Part shown: positions 22,986 to 36,135 of the stretch, piece after piece
Numbering within the stretch: the stretch's first letter is position 1
How the letters are laid out: each line of letters starts with the position of its first letter
Assembly: GCF_036971445.1 (NCBI RefSeq)
Contig: NC_091470.1
Location: forward strand, 160,766,001 to 160,830,000
From: Narcine bancroftii
Taxonomy: Eukaryota
Length of the DNA: 64,000 nt
Reading direction: 5' to 3'
Made by a program: the position numbers and the translations under genes
Notes under the pieces: model-generated
What the model saw: only the letters and a program-made list of their open reading frames with translations
What the model was told of the DNA's origin: nothing
The model's database searches: none

Positions 22986-25900
22986 AAGCAACATACTGGT
23001 GCTCACTTCCTGTTATACAGTGAGGCTGACGTGTACTCTTGAAACCACGCCTGGAAAATGTGTTTGAATTTTATCAGATAAAACCATATACTCAGATTTT
23101 AAATCAATTTTAGAAAAGACACCAGCAGAAATTCACTAGAAGTCCAGTCTCTGCTCAGACAGCTGGGAATAGCTAGGCAAGGATGATTTTTAAAATTTAT
23201 TTAAAAGACCAGGAAGTTATTATCTCTGGGTTTCAAGTCACCTTTATTTATTGTTCATACCATGTTTACTCAGTAAAGTCGAGATAGCGTTTCTCCAGGA
23301 CCACGGAGCATATTTACGTAAATTTAAGAGAGTTAAATATTTAGACGTACACTGTAAGAGTCCCTGGTACCAAGGTCCTCTATGCACATAAGATCTGGGA
23401 ATTCAGGAGTCTAATGGCTTGGGAGGGGGATGATACACTGTCAATAACACATGAAGGCTGGAGTTTCAGGATGACAGGCTTTTTAATATCATAAGACTTG
23501 GACCATGCCCCTGTCTGGCCCAATCCCAGGACTCGTACTGAGGGAGAGACTTGACATAACCACCTTTATTAGGGGATTCCTGGGGTTGGAGTCACCAAGG
23601 GAAGGTGGACCAGCCATACATATGGATCCTTTACACAGTGCCCAGTAACCAAGTAACAGTATACAGTGGGGTATAGTGAGAAAACTCTGTTGCTTCCTAC
23701 CAGATGGCAGAAGGGTGAACAGTTTACTTGAGGGGTGAATGGAGTCCTTCACAACGTTAATTGCCTTTTGCCTGCATCAAGTGTTGTAGATGTCTTTCAT
23801 GTAGGAAGAGAGTCCCCGATGATCTTTTCTGCCAACTTCACTATCCTCTGATGGGTATTGTGGTCTGAAGTGTTAGAGCTTTTAAACCAGGCGGCGATGC
23901 ATTGGATGCTCTCGATACATCCATGTAAAATGTAGTGAAGATGGAAGGTGGGAGATGACCTTCCCTCAGCTTTTGCAGGAAGTAGAAGCACTGCTGGCCG
24001 TTCTTGGCTACGGAGCTGGTGTTAAGGGACCAGATGAGAATCTCCGCCAAGTGCACTCCAAGGAACTTGATACTCTTTGCGATCTTAATGGATGAGCTGT
24101 CACGGTCAGTGGAGCGTGGTCGCCCCCAAGCTCTTCTGAAGTTGACAATCATCTTTGTTTTTTTAACATTCAGATACAGGTTGTCAGCTCAGCACCAGTC
24201 CATTAGTGACTGCACCTCATCTCTGCATGTTGACTTGTCATTCTCACTAATCAGGCCCACCACGGTCATGTTGTCAGCGAACTTGATGATGTGGTTCGAT
24301 CCTTGTTTAGCTGCCCAGTCGCGGGCCAGCAGAGTGAACAACAGTAGAGTGAGCACGCAGTCTTGAGGGGGGGGGGGGGAGCTGTGCTCCGTGTAGTGGT
24401 TTTGGAGTTGCTGTTACCGATCCGGACTGCCTGAGGTCTCCACGACAGGAAGTTGAGAATCCAGTTGCGGAGGGAGGTGTTTAGACCCTGCAGGCTCAAC
24501 TTTCTTATCAGGTATGATCATGTTGAATGTCAAACTGAAGTCAAAAAGCAGCAGTCAAACATATGAGTCCTTGTTTATGTGTTTACTTGATATAACTTTT
24601 AGTTCTATCAGTCCTCCTGACTCAATAAAAATTAAATCAAGATGTAATGATTAAATTACTTCAAATCTCCAACTCCTCAAATTATGCATTATCTTTTTTT
24701 AGCAACGCCTCTGATCTCAAAAAATGTAATTGCCTCTAAATTACGCTACTGGGACACTGAGAATTTTTATTTGCCCAGGATGCAACATGCATCATCCATC
24801 TCGTTCCCCTCCTCTATCCCACCCCTGCTTCCAACATTTTACAGGTCACCACTCTCAGTTGACAGGTGGTGGGTGGGGGGGGGGGGTGGTTGGTGAGGTA
24901 TAACAGGTCATGCTGGTGCCTCACAGCTCAAGTGGCCTCAGTCCTTCCCTGTGATGTTATCTGTGTGGAGTTTACACACTCTCCAGTTTTCCCTGCATCC
25001 CAAAGAGGTGTGGATTGGGAGGTGAATAGTCCAGTGGAAACCAACCCTGCTGTCGAGGTCAGTGGTGGACTCGGGGGAGTGGATGGAAATGTTGGGGGCG
25101 GTGACAGGTTGGAGGAAAAATGAGGTAGCATTGACTCATTGGGCTGAATGTTCCTTCCATTTTGAGAATTCGAATCTGAATCAGAATATATTGTCATCAA
25201 GAACTCACAAAATTCTTTATTTTATGGCAGCATCTCATTTAGATAAAACCACATTACAACAATAAATAAAAATCAAAGAAAGGCAATGTCTTTGGTTCAT
25301 TGTTCATTCAGGAACCTGATGGCAGTGGGGAAGCTGCCCCAGTGCTACTGAGGGCTCCTGTACCTTTTTCCTGATGGAAGCAGAGCAAAGAGGACATGGC
25401 CTGGGTGGTGAGCATGAAGCCTGGTTTTTGAAGTCACTACCTCTTGCAGATGTCCTCGATGGAGTGAAGTCTGGTGCCCGTGATGTCACAGGCTGAGTTA
25501 AACAACCTCTTGAGTTTTTTCTTGTCCTGAGCAATGGCACCGCTGTACCAGACAGTGATATAACCAGCCAGAATGCTCTCCTGTCCAAGTTTTCGGTGAG
25601 TCTTTGGTCATAAAGTATAGCCGCTGGTAGGCCTTGGTGATTGCATCAACGTGGAGTGTCCAGGACAGAGAGGGGAAACACTGAGTTCTGAATCACCACA
25701 TGTACCCAGGACTGTAAACCAAAGCTCCATCATCTGGCCAGAAGCAGAATGGGAAAATGGAAAGAAACCAAGTTCATTTGGAAAACGTTTGGATCTTAAA
25801 AAAAAATAGTGAATTTCATTGGCCTCTTCCCCATCTGGATCATGCACCAGGAGTATGGTGGCAGGAAAGGGCTGTGAGAAAGATGAGGTGTGTAGCACAT

Positions 25901-27496
25901 TAGACAAAGAAAAAAAATTGGAAACTCGGTAGCTTATTTTGTGACCTTCTGAAAAACTGTTTTTTTTTCACTTTAGTGTCGGAGGACCATGTGGCTGAAA
26001 TAAAACTTTATTGGAGAAAGATGCAACTAGAAGAATCCTTGCCTCTTACCAAATTTCCCTCTCCTTATCCTTGAGGCTTCACTGGTTTGGATCAGGAAAG
26101 GGTGCTGCATGGAATTGTCTGCCTAAAGCTGTGCTCCACAAACAACTCGAGAAGCACCTGTGATCCAAAGAGCCAGGGCCCCAGATGGTACAGACGTGGT
26201 TTACTATAAGCCATCTACCGTGTACTCAGTTTATGGGCAAATAAGCACTGTCTGTGGGAACATCCCATGAGTGATAATATGAAGACACTATGTTGTTACA
26301 ATACCATGAATCGTCAGAAAATCGTAATCTGCCCCAAACTGCTGGATTTACAAGGTCAAGCCCACATTACTTGTTCATGTCACAGCTTCAGCGTTATCTT
26401 CTGATGCAGCTGCTCGATATGAAGGGTGACTTTCTCCCGCTTCGCTCCTGAGTAGTGGAAGAAAGCTGTGCAATTCTTCTCATGTGGGATGGTCACCAGC
26501 CGCATGCTTTCTACTAAAAGCCTCCCTGCATAACTCCTGGCAATTGACCTGGAAAGATTCTGAGCTGTACTGATATCAACCACAAGGTGGAGGTATTGGA
26601 CCACTCCTGGTCATCTGGCGAATCACCAACTGGACTGAAGTGTGGAGCATTACTTTGGCTTGATTCCGTTGGACTGAATAGCTGGCTCTTTGACACTCCT
26701 TTTCCAAATAGAAGGTAAAACTTACCACAGGAGGAATAGGTCTCGTTTGCCCCGTCTTTTGGTATGATCATGATGTTTGCGGACCTCTTCAGTACCATTT
26801 CTCCACATTCCTCAATCTATCAAACATCCACCTCCTCTTTAATTACTTCCCTACAATTCAGTTTCCATATCGACTGGGAGAGAGGATTCCAGAGGTTCAT
26901 CACCCTCTGTGAGAAGAAATTTCTATCAGCCTCAGTTTTAAATGACCAGCTCCTTTTCTTGTTTAAATCCCTTGTCTGTGATTCTCCCAATGGTGAAAAC
27001 ATCTGATGGATGTTGGGATGCTCTCACTATTGGGAGAGTCCCTCGTTCTTCTAAATTCCAAGGAATACAGACTCAAAATCATTTTGGAGACACAGAGACT
27101 GAAAATGGTGGAACCTGAAGCTGAACACAATCTTCTGCCTGAACTCCGCATCAATGGGACAAAAAGAATGGTTGACATTGCAGATCTGATGAAGGATTCC
27201 GGCACACGACGTAGACCACCCTTTTTCTCCCACTGATGCTGTTCGACCCTTTGACCTCCTCCATCAGAGGGTATTTAGCCCAAAATTACTTTGTCTCCTT
27301 TGGTGGGAAAAACCTCCCATCTCATGAATTAGCCTGGAGAACCCCCATTCCACTGTCTCCAATATTGTCACATCTTTCTTCAGGTAAGGGGGTCAGAAGT
27401 GAAAGCAATGTTCTGAGTGAGGCCTCTCTAACGGCCCGTACAATTGCAACACAACTGGCCTATTTTAGAATACAACAGGAACTTTGAAGGTTTTGA

Positions 27497-28030
27497 CAGT
27501 GGTTCTCAATCTTTCTCAGTCTAAGGCCCACCTGGCTTCTGGCCTAACAAGCCTTGTCCCACTAGTGGCAATGACTGAGCAATTGTTTTTCAAATCAAAG
27601 GCTCCTCTGTAAAAAAAAAACACTAACTAATTTACAATATTTTATTTAACATTTTTAAATAACACTTCAATGTAGTTTGGTGCCTTAGTCTTCAACTGCA
27701 GCAACACCAAAAAGCCAGATTCACAAAGATAAGTGGACGTGAAGAAGGGCATGATCTTCTGAAGACACTCCTTCACAATGTTGGAGTAGCTATCCAACAT
27801 TTTTGGCCAAAACACAAAGGTAGACAAAGTCTCAAACATCTCTGCATTCAGAAATGTAGAAGGTCAATGAGTTCATCTTGCAGATCATCGGGGACCTTAA
27901 CAAGAAAGGGGTTCCTCATCAGTTCCAGTCCTTCTCTGCTGAATTCTAGAAAGTAGTGCAGGACTTCTTCTTGGAGGCAGCTGTGAGGCAACTTTCTTTG
28001 CAATATCAGCATCCGTTCCATTAACAGCTA
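27497..28030 (-). mobile_element. hAT (Charlie/Buster-type) transposon remnant
   Basis: Terminal CAGTGGTTCTCAA; minus-strand PFFTSTYLCESGFLVLLQLKTK resembles the hAT C-terminal dimerisation motif. Confidence 0.75.
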
Positions 28031-28636
28031 CTGCTGGAAGAGATTCAACCGTGACCTCAGTGGGTCAGGAAGTCTTGGCGGTCCACTTGGAAGCACACCA
28101 TGGCCCACCGGTGGCCCACTGGGTGGGTACTGCTGGTTTAGAGGAATATGGGCCAACCAAATGGCAATGAGACTAGCTTGAACAGCATGGACGCATTGGG
28201 ATGAAAGCCCAATTTCTGTGCTGTAGAACTCTATGACTAAACCCTTTGCAATGAAAGCCAAAATGTGCTTGCTTTCTCAACTAGTTGTTGGACCTGTCTG
28301 CTTACTTTGTGTGATTCATACATTGGAACACCTAGATCTGTACTTTACTCCCAATTGGATAACAATCTGCCTTTATATTTAGTAAAGAGCGTGACCTCAC
28401 ACGTCCCCATATTAAATTTCATATCTATGCCAACAAGAGGTGGTTGAGGCAAATATCAAATGTGTGTTTGAGGGGCACCTTGTGCTGAAAGCAGAATGCA
28501 GGACAGGATGGGCTGATCAGAGGGGTGGAAGTAGCTTGTGGTTGGGCCATGAATATGCCAGTCTAGATTTATGTGGCCAAATGGTAGTTCCTGCAGTTTA
28601 AATACCGTGAAGAGGCAGCTGAATCATTTCACCTCC

Positions 28637-29225
28637 TGTTGTGTTCAGAATAGTTTTCAGAATTGCTTCGATGGGTTTAACAAACAGTAGGCTTTATTTA
28701 CACACAAGGGAACTCACAAAAGGGCACATACTCACAAAGACCAACTCGGAATAATAACAAATAACTACACATCAGGTGGAAATAAATTGCTGCTAAACAT
28801 TCTTAACTCCTGACTGGAAATGCAAGGGTTAAAGATACAATGCCCATCCACCCACAGGCGCAGTGTACTAATGAAGAGTAAATTAATTACAACTAACATG
28901 TATATCAAACGAACCTAGTTTCCAGCATTGACCATGACTTGGAATCTGGGATGGTCCTCGCTGCCCATGGCTGGCAGCCTGGATTTCAGAGATGGTGTCA
29001 AGTCAGCAACAAAAGAGGATGAATGAGCAGCCTTCATGTGTGGCATTTCAATGCAGGGCCCGTGCACATGGCCTGCTTGGACCAATTGTGTGTCAGCCTC
29101 ATGGGTGGTCAGATCTAACCGTTGATTGGCAGGTGAGGTTTCAGTCAGAGAGGTCAATTGACCCTCCGCGGTCCGACCAAGTTCCAGCCAGAGCGGTCAC
29201 GTGACCTTCTGCAATCCACACTACG
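28637..29225 (-). mobile_element. Solo LTR
   Basis: TGTTGTG...CACTACG termini, TSD CCTCC/CCTTC (1 mismatch), minus-strand AATAAA near 28693. Confidence 0.55.
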
Positions 29226-30829
29226 CCTTCCCAACACGGAGACTTCAAGAAAGATGTTTAGGGATCTCAAACTGGATTGGGGACATTCTCCTGCTTGTTG
29301 AAGCACCATGTAGGTTCTGCAGGAGCAGGTACCTGGTGAGCAGGATTGGTCTATGGTGGGATGGGAAATAAAGCTGGATCTTTCTGTTCAAAGGCATGGC
29401 ATCTTCAAACTGGAAGCCTATTTACATTCAGTCCTAAGACAGTTGTCCCTGTTGCAATAGCACCCAATGTTCTATCTTTTCCATTGGTTCATTCTCAGCA
29501 AGGAGCTCTGATTGGGATTTTGACTGCGTTGCCACGTGAAAGAGAAATGCTGACTAGAGGACTGTTTCAGACTTAATTTTCATCCACTGCCCAACCTTGA
29601 GGGATGAATTAGTCAACTCTGGAGTATGAAGGAGACACCTGGAGTTCTTGGAGCCAATTTCCACTCAAATTGGAGGGTGGAATGGTCTCACCCCAAACTA
29701 TCCAATTCTTTTTGAGAGGAGATCATTTAACCAGGCTTGCCTTCCCCTTGAAATATCAAATGGCATTGAACTCTACCCATGATCCGGCCAAACTTCAGCT
29801 CTGTTGCACAACATGACATGCCAAAGTCTGCAGATACCGTGAATGAAGTAAAAACATAATGCTGTGGAAACTCAGCCGGTCAAACCATAGATGCAAAACC
29901 AATGTTTCGGGCTTGAGCTCTTCCTCAGGAACATTGTCTTGTATCTTTATCTTTGCTACTTAAAGTACACTGATCGATCTGCTGAGTTTCAAATTTAAAT
30001 TTAAATTAAATTTAGGTAACAGGTTATTCTGGCCCACAAGCCCATGCTGCCCAATTATACCCATTGAACCTACAACTCCCTGTTTGGCCTGTGAATTCTT
30101 CCAGTGTTATGCTTTGGATAACCCAGGGTTGTCAGATTTGAAGCAGAGGAGGCTGGGATGGTGGGGGGAAGAATTGACCAAGATCCATAACCTGAGAGGC
30201 TCAGGCAGAGTGAAGGGGAAAGAGTTGATACAACAGAGAGGACAACATCAGACATCAGGAGGGAAGGTTGAGGAGGCATGGTTAGTGATGTGGTTAGTGG
30301 AATGCTCTCACTGTGCCAATGACCTGGGTACGAATCCAGCACTGTCTGTGAGAAGTTTGTACATTCTCCCCGTGTCTGCATGGTTTCCTCCGTGTGCTCC
30401 GGTTTCCTCTTCAAAAACATATGAGGGGTGTAGGTCAATTGGTGTACTGGGGTGAGAGGAGCCCATGGGCCAGAAGGGCCTGTTACCATGATGTACGTCT
30501 AAATAAAGATAGAAGATGGGAGGGAGAAATAAATAGAAGAAAGGGATTGATTTGGGTGTATACATTGTACCAGAAAAATGACAATAATCTCATAATCTCA
30601 TTGCTAAAGGGTGCCAGGATGATACCGATTGCAACAGTTATCAGCACATCGCACATTGGTGTGTTAATTGTGGTAAGGAGGTGGGACCTTCTCTGGCAAA
30701 CTGATCTCTGCTTTTAGCCAGTTGGAAGATCAATCTTGGGAGCTGAGGACCCTATTTCAAACTGGAGCCATAACTTGCCATGAGGAGTCACCCACAACAG
30801 GATCCTGGGCAGTTACCAGCCCATCTGAG

Positions 30830-31150
30830 GCACTATTGTATCAATAGTCTCTTGTGAGACTAAGTTTGTGGGTTCAAAGCTTACCCCAGAGACTTCAGAA
30901 TTCTTGCAATCCTAAGGGAGTACTGCATTGTAAGAGATGAGATTGATAACATCTTTTGCAACTCCCCCCCACCCTCCTCTGTGGTGGATGTAACATGTCA
31001 CACTGTTTTGAAGAGCAGGGGAATTCTCCTGTACCTCAGCCAACATCTGCCCCACAGCTGAGACGAACACCACAATTGTGGGATCTTGTATGGCCAAACC
31101 ACCGTATTACCTACATTTCGACAACAATGAAATAAAAGTATTTTGTAAAG
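30830..31150 (+). mobile_element. Ancient DeuSINE (SacSINE1-like) remnant; second copy at about 38030-38260
   Basis: Deu-domain-like blocks GAAGAGCAGGGGAATTCTCC and TGTGGGATCTTG; the second copy has CTGGTCATTATCACAT..AATTGGCTGCC. Confidence 0.55.
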
Positions 31151-32804
31151 CAAACAGGCTGACCTGAAAATGAAAAACTGGTTTAATTGATGCAGGAGGT
31201 GGGGGAGCTTGTGCATTGGTGTAAAGCAGGAGTGTAGCTGTTGGCTAGTCCGACATTCAGGAGAGAAGCCAATACTCGCCCTCTTACTCATCACCATGTC
31301 TGAGCACCAATAACCCTCCCAAGATCGGTGAAAGGCCAAAGTTTAGGAAAAAGAGTGAATGAATCCAGCAGCAATTGTTGCAGAGGCCTCGGGAGTGCCA
31401 GGCACCGCTTAACATTAGAGCATAGGAAATTGGAACAGAAGTAGGCTATTCATGGCGTGCCTGCCCTGCCATTCAATGTGATCATGGATCAAGTCAAGTC
31501 AGTTTTATTGTCATCTGATTGTACAAGTACAACCCGAAGGTGGTCCTCATCGATTTTGTGTACCCTCTTCCGTCAATGATCCAGTGGATCACGTCGATGG
31601 GGGGGGGGGGGGGGATGGGGATATCCCAGTGATCCTCTCCTACTCTTATGGTCTTGTGGATTGACTTCTGATCCATTTCTCTGCAGCAACCGTGCCATAT
31701 GGTGATGGAGCCGGCCAGGACGCTCTCGATAGAGCTCCTGTAGAAGGTTGACATAATAGTGGTTGGTAGCCTTGCCTACTTCAGTCTTCTGAGGAAGTGC
31801 AGTCACAAGTGAGGAGATGTGTCCACAATAGGTCACGAGTTAAGTGAACTCCAAGGAGCACGGTCCTCTTCATTCTCTCTACTTCAGAGTTGTTAATGCG
31901 TAGTGGAGCATAGTCATTCCTGGTCCTCCTGAAGTCCACGATCCTTCGTCTTATCCATTTTGAGACTTGTTGTTACTTTTGCACCATTTCATGAGATTTT
32001 CCACCTCTTCTCTGTAGGGCGACTCATCTTTGTTGCTGATGAGGCCGACGACTGCCTCGTCATCTGCAAACTTGATGACGTTGTTGGAGCTGGATTTGGT
32101 GACTCAGTCGTGGGTCAGTAGCGTGAACAGGAGTGGACTGAGCGCACAGCCCAGAGGTGCTCAGCGTGACAGTGCTTGACATTCTGCTACTGATCTGAAC
32201 AGACTGAGGTCTTTCCGTTAGGTATTCTTGGATCCATTTAATGGCTGATCTGATGATCATCTCCATCTATCCACCATTTCTCCATATCCCTTAATTCCCT
32301 TACTGTGTAGAAATCTATCCAACCTTGTCTTAAATATATTTACTGAGGTCACCTCCACTGTTTCAATCGGCAGCGAATTCCACAGTTTCACCATCCTCTA
32401 AAACAGTTTCTCCTCATCTCTGTCCTGAATCTTGAGGCTACATCTCCTAGTTCTGGTCTCCCTTTACCAAAGGAAACAACTTACCCACCCCTATCTTACC
32501 CTTGGGTGTACGAAGATTATGTAAGTACGTAGAAGCTGTTGTGGAAAACAGACAGTAGTCATCCCACTTTTCTGACCATTTCCCTGCTGCTTGTGAGACA
32601 TAGACTTACGATCATGTCCACTAGAGGGAAGAGCTGATACAGCAAATGTCAAATAAAAAACAGCGTGTCAGGTCCAGCCTCAGATGCAGGGGTGTGGAGG
32701 GGTTTACGTTGGGCTGTCTTCTGTCTGGGTGTAGGTTGGTTGGATAGTGATTGGATTCCCAAATCTACCATTCACATCCATTTTAAATACTTCTAATGAT
32801 CCAA

Positions 32805-32975
32805 CACAAACACAGGAGGAAAAACCCAACACCCAACCCCAACCCACCAATTTTCCCCTGCAACCGTGTCTGCCTGTCCCGCATCGGACTTGTCAGCCAC
32901 AAACGAGCCTGCAGCTGACGTGGACATTTACCCCTCCATAAATCTTCGTCCGCGAAGCCAAGCCAAAGAAGAGAA
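32805..32975 (+). mobile_element. RTE-clade LINE 3' end
   Basis: Same 3' end as 53054-53350, terminating GAAGCCAAGCCAAAGAAGA. Confidence 0.75.
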
Positions 32976-33148
32976 TGATCCAACTAAACTTTTCCCCTCT
33001 CTGCTCCCCTGCCAATTGACAGAAAACAATCCTGATCCGTGCATCATTCTAGATCCTAATGATGACAATCCCTTGCCCTGTTGACCCATTCGCTCCATTC
33101 CTGTTAACCATTCTTTGGATTCAAGGACAGTTTCTTTCCTGCTGCTAG

Positions 33149-34170
33149 AATTGGACAGAATTTATTTTTTTCCAAAATGGTTGCTTGCTGAAAAAGTATT
33201 GGGAACAAGCTGAACACAAAGATAATTTCGGAATTGCAGCAGGAAGTTGGAAAAAACATGAAATGAACTTTTATTGAATTTAGCATTTTTAATGACTTAA
33301 TGATCCTGACACATTCCATTGGTTCAACTGACTTAGATACGTTTAGCCACTGTTATTCGTTTGTACTCTGCATCTGATCCCTCTCCTGTCAGCGTCCAAC
33401 AATAGTCGGCCGGCATTGATGGGTTCCATTTGCCTTGATACCGCTTTTCCATGGTCGCAGTGTCCTGGTGAAACTTTTCACCGTGTTTTTTATTGACTGC
33501 ACCAAGATCAGCAAGGAACACAGAACATGAATTTTCAATGGACAAGCTGCATTTCATAGTTTAGTATGGTTGAAGTAGACTTAAAATATGACAGGAAATC
33601 AGAGGATATATCTAAAAAAAAATCAGTGCGAGATAGGAAAATTTTAAGCTGATTTTCGTGACCAGCAGCCCAAAATCCATAAAATAGACCCAAAAGAGTT
33701 CAAGAAGCAAAATCTTTTTTTAAACACTTTAATATTTAATATTAAAAAAAGACTATCAAAACCATTAATTGTTAAGATAATAATGTAAATATAAAGTTTG
33801 AATAAGATTGGGGGGGGGAAGATAAGGAAAAAAAAGGGGAAAAAAAGCTTTGTTACATTTTTGAAAAATATATAGTGTTTCTCTGGGGGCGGGGGGGCTA
33901 GGGAGAGGAAAAGAACTACTACCGCAAAATCTGTTGACGCTTGCGGTTATTACTGCAACCCAAATAGATAAGGGAGTTGTTTGGGAAGGAGCCAAAGACA
34001 ACCCAATACAGGGGGGACTTTCATTGTTTTGGATAGGAATATTTCATGTGTTAATTTTAGCAGGGGTTTCTAGGATAATTTGTTTTTTAACTGTGTCGTC
34101 ATGTATTGAAATGTACAAAAATAATTTTTAAAAATATTGAAAAAAAAGAAGCAAAATCTTCATTGTCCAT
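33149..34170 (-). mobile_element. Chapaev3-like element interrupted by a 429-bp retroposed insertion (33717-34145)
   Basis: ADLGAVNKKHGEKFHQDTATMEKRYQGKWNPSMPADYCWTL. 15-bp TSD AAGAAGCAAAATCTT at 33702-33716 and 34146-34160. Confidence 0.7.
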
Positions 34171-34399
34171 GTTATTAGATTGTTGAATGAACATCTCATT
34201 GGTAAAATAAAATCCCCCTGTGCTTTTAACTGTAACTTTCTCAGTGCCCTGCTCTTTGTAGAAGTAATACTGTATCTGCACTTTCTTTTTAATTGTACTA
34301 TCTGATTTGAGCTGCCTAGTGAAAAGCTTTCACTGTATCTTGCTACAGGTGACAATAAAACCTTCAGTTCAATGGCTGAAGGCCCAGTAAGACCTTGCA

Positions 34400-34810
34400 G
34401 GTAGGTCGGCAAGGCAGAAATACCGAAACTTGGTCTTGCAGCCTAGCTTTCCTTGTGAAAGGAGTCTAGCTTTTTGGTTCTCATTTCTGAGATCGGCATG
34501 CTTGTGCCTTTCATGTGGTCCCAGCCTGATCTTTGTGGCAAAAGACTCCCTGCAAACCTTGCAGACAAAGCTTTCCTCTTCCTGTGTCTGCTCCCTTGCA
34601 TTTGCCAAAATGTTCAAGGGCTACGCCATTACTCAGCTGGCCTCTTCATTGCCCTCTCCCTCCTGCTCCACACCCACCAAGGTCATCCTGTGCTTTTTCT
34701 CTCTATTTAAAATGCTTCACAGCTTCCAAAGCCCCAAATTGTGGAATCCTCTCTTGAAACTTTTCTGCTTTTCCACCTTTCCATCCTCATATGGAAGGGA
34801 TGAACTCACC
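34400..34810 (-). mobile_element. R2-like non-LTR retrotransposon N-terminal zinc-finger fragment
   Basis: FVCKVCRESFATKIRLGPHERHKHADLRNE (C2H2), preceded across a frameshift by VALEHFGKCKG (end of a CCHC finger). Confidence 0.6.
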
Positions 34811-34817
34811 AAATGAC

Positions 34818-35310
34818 ATTTTTTTCCAAAATAAACTTTATACGCAATAAAAAATATTCACAAAGTAAAACAGTACAAAATCTTTTTACATTTTTGGTGT
34901 TATGTTCTGATAAACATATCACTACTGTAGATTATAGTCAACTATTAATAAATACCATGGACTACTTTGACCCCCCCCTCCTCCCAGATGTTTGAGAGGC
35001 CTCCCCTCAGTCTGAGCCCCTCAATGCCCAGTGGCAGAAAGGCCCTAGACTGTGGTCCTTCCCCCAAAGTGTTCATGCGTTGGCTGCGCCAGGCCTCAAT
35101 GCATCTCTCAGCACGTATCCCTGCAGCCTGGAATGTGTCAGTTGGCAGCATTCCCTCACTGACATCTCACTGTGCTGGACGACCAACAAGATTTGGGAGA
35201 CCAAAGAGCGTCTTTCACCGAGTTGACGCTGTTCCAGCGATGCTAGATGTCTGTCTCTGTGTGCGTTCACGGGAACAGCCCGCAATACAGAGTGTCCTCT
35301 GTCACGCTGC
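34818..35310 (-). mobile_element. Tx1/L1-clade LINE 3' end
   Basis: A-tail at 34818. Decayed ORF2 C-terminus LYCGLFP..HTETDI..NSVKDALW..EMSVRECC..SRLQGYVLRDALR. Confidence 0.7.
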
Positions 35311-35819
35311 TGCTGGGGTTAAACCGTGACAAGGACCCTTGTCTCCTTCTCCACACACTCTTAACAAATCCACAGTTTGCAAAGAGGTCAGAATCAGAAT
35401 TTATTGTCATGTACAAGTTGCAAAATTTTACGTTTTGAAGCAGTGCCACAGTGCAAACATTCATATAAAACATCTTACAGAAAATGAATAAAGGTGCATG
35501 AAAAGTCAAAGTTTGGCAGAGTCTTTGGTTTATTGATCATTCAGGAATCTGATGGTAGCAGGGAAGAAGCTGTCCTTGTGCCACTGAATGCTCATCGTTA
35601 GGCTCCTGTACCTTTTCCTTCATGGTAGGAGAGTGAAGGCAAGGCCTGGGTGGTGGGGGCCCTTGAGGATAGAGGCTGCTTTCGTAATACACCGCCTTTT
35701 GTAGATGTTCTCGACAGAGTGAAGTCTTGTGCCCATGATGTCGCAGGCTGAGTTAACAACCCTCTGGAGTGTTTTCCTGTCCTGAGCGTTTCCACCTCCA
35801 TACCAGCCAGAATGCCAAA

Positions 35820-36135
35820 AGGTGGGCGATTGTCTCCTCCCTGTCACGGTCCTCTTGAGGGCGATGTGCATTGTGTGATGAAGTCCCAGACGTACAAGAA
35901 GGATCTGACTGAGGTGACTCCTTTCACTACCAGCCAGCCCAGGTCCTGGAGCTTTTGAGTGAGTTTGGCATTGAAGCATTTTGCCAGTTTATCTGTTCAG
36001 GGAATCACTCCACAGTATCCATCAAGTAATTATCCCTCATTGACTGTGGGACAATCCATACTGACCACTGCCTGATAGACTTGTAGTCAAAGGTGTTTGT
36101 CTGGAAGAACCTTTTCATGAAGGATGTGGCAAGGT
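35820..36135 (-). mobile_element. Highly decayed RTE-like LINE fragment
   Basis: Residual QVYQAVV..QINWQ..QILL motifs across frames. Confidence 0.35.

Noticed and set aside
26380-26798. Possible decayed coding sequence on the minus strand
   Set aside because: No recognisable motif or splice structure; cannot be assigned without a search.
27861-27875. Perfect DR3 (AGGTCA ATG AGTTCA), VDRE-like
   Set aside because: It lies within hAT transposase-derived sequence (DELIDL on the minus strand), so it is most simply coincidental.
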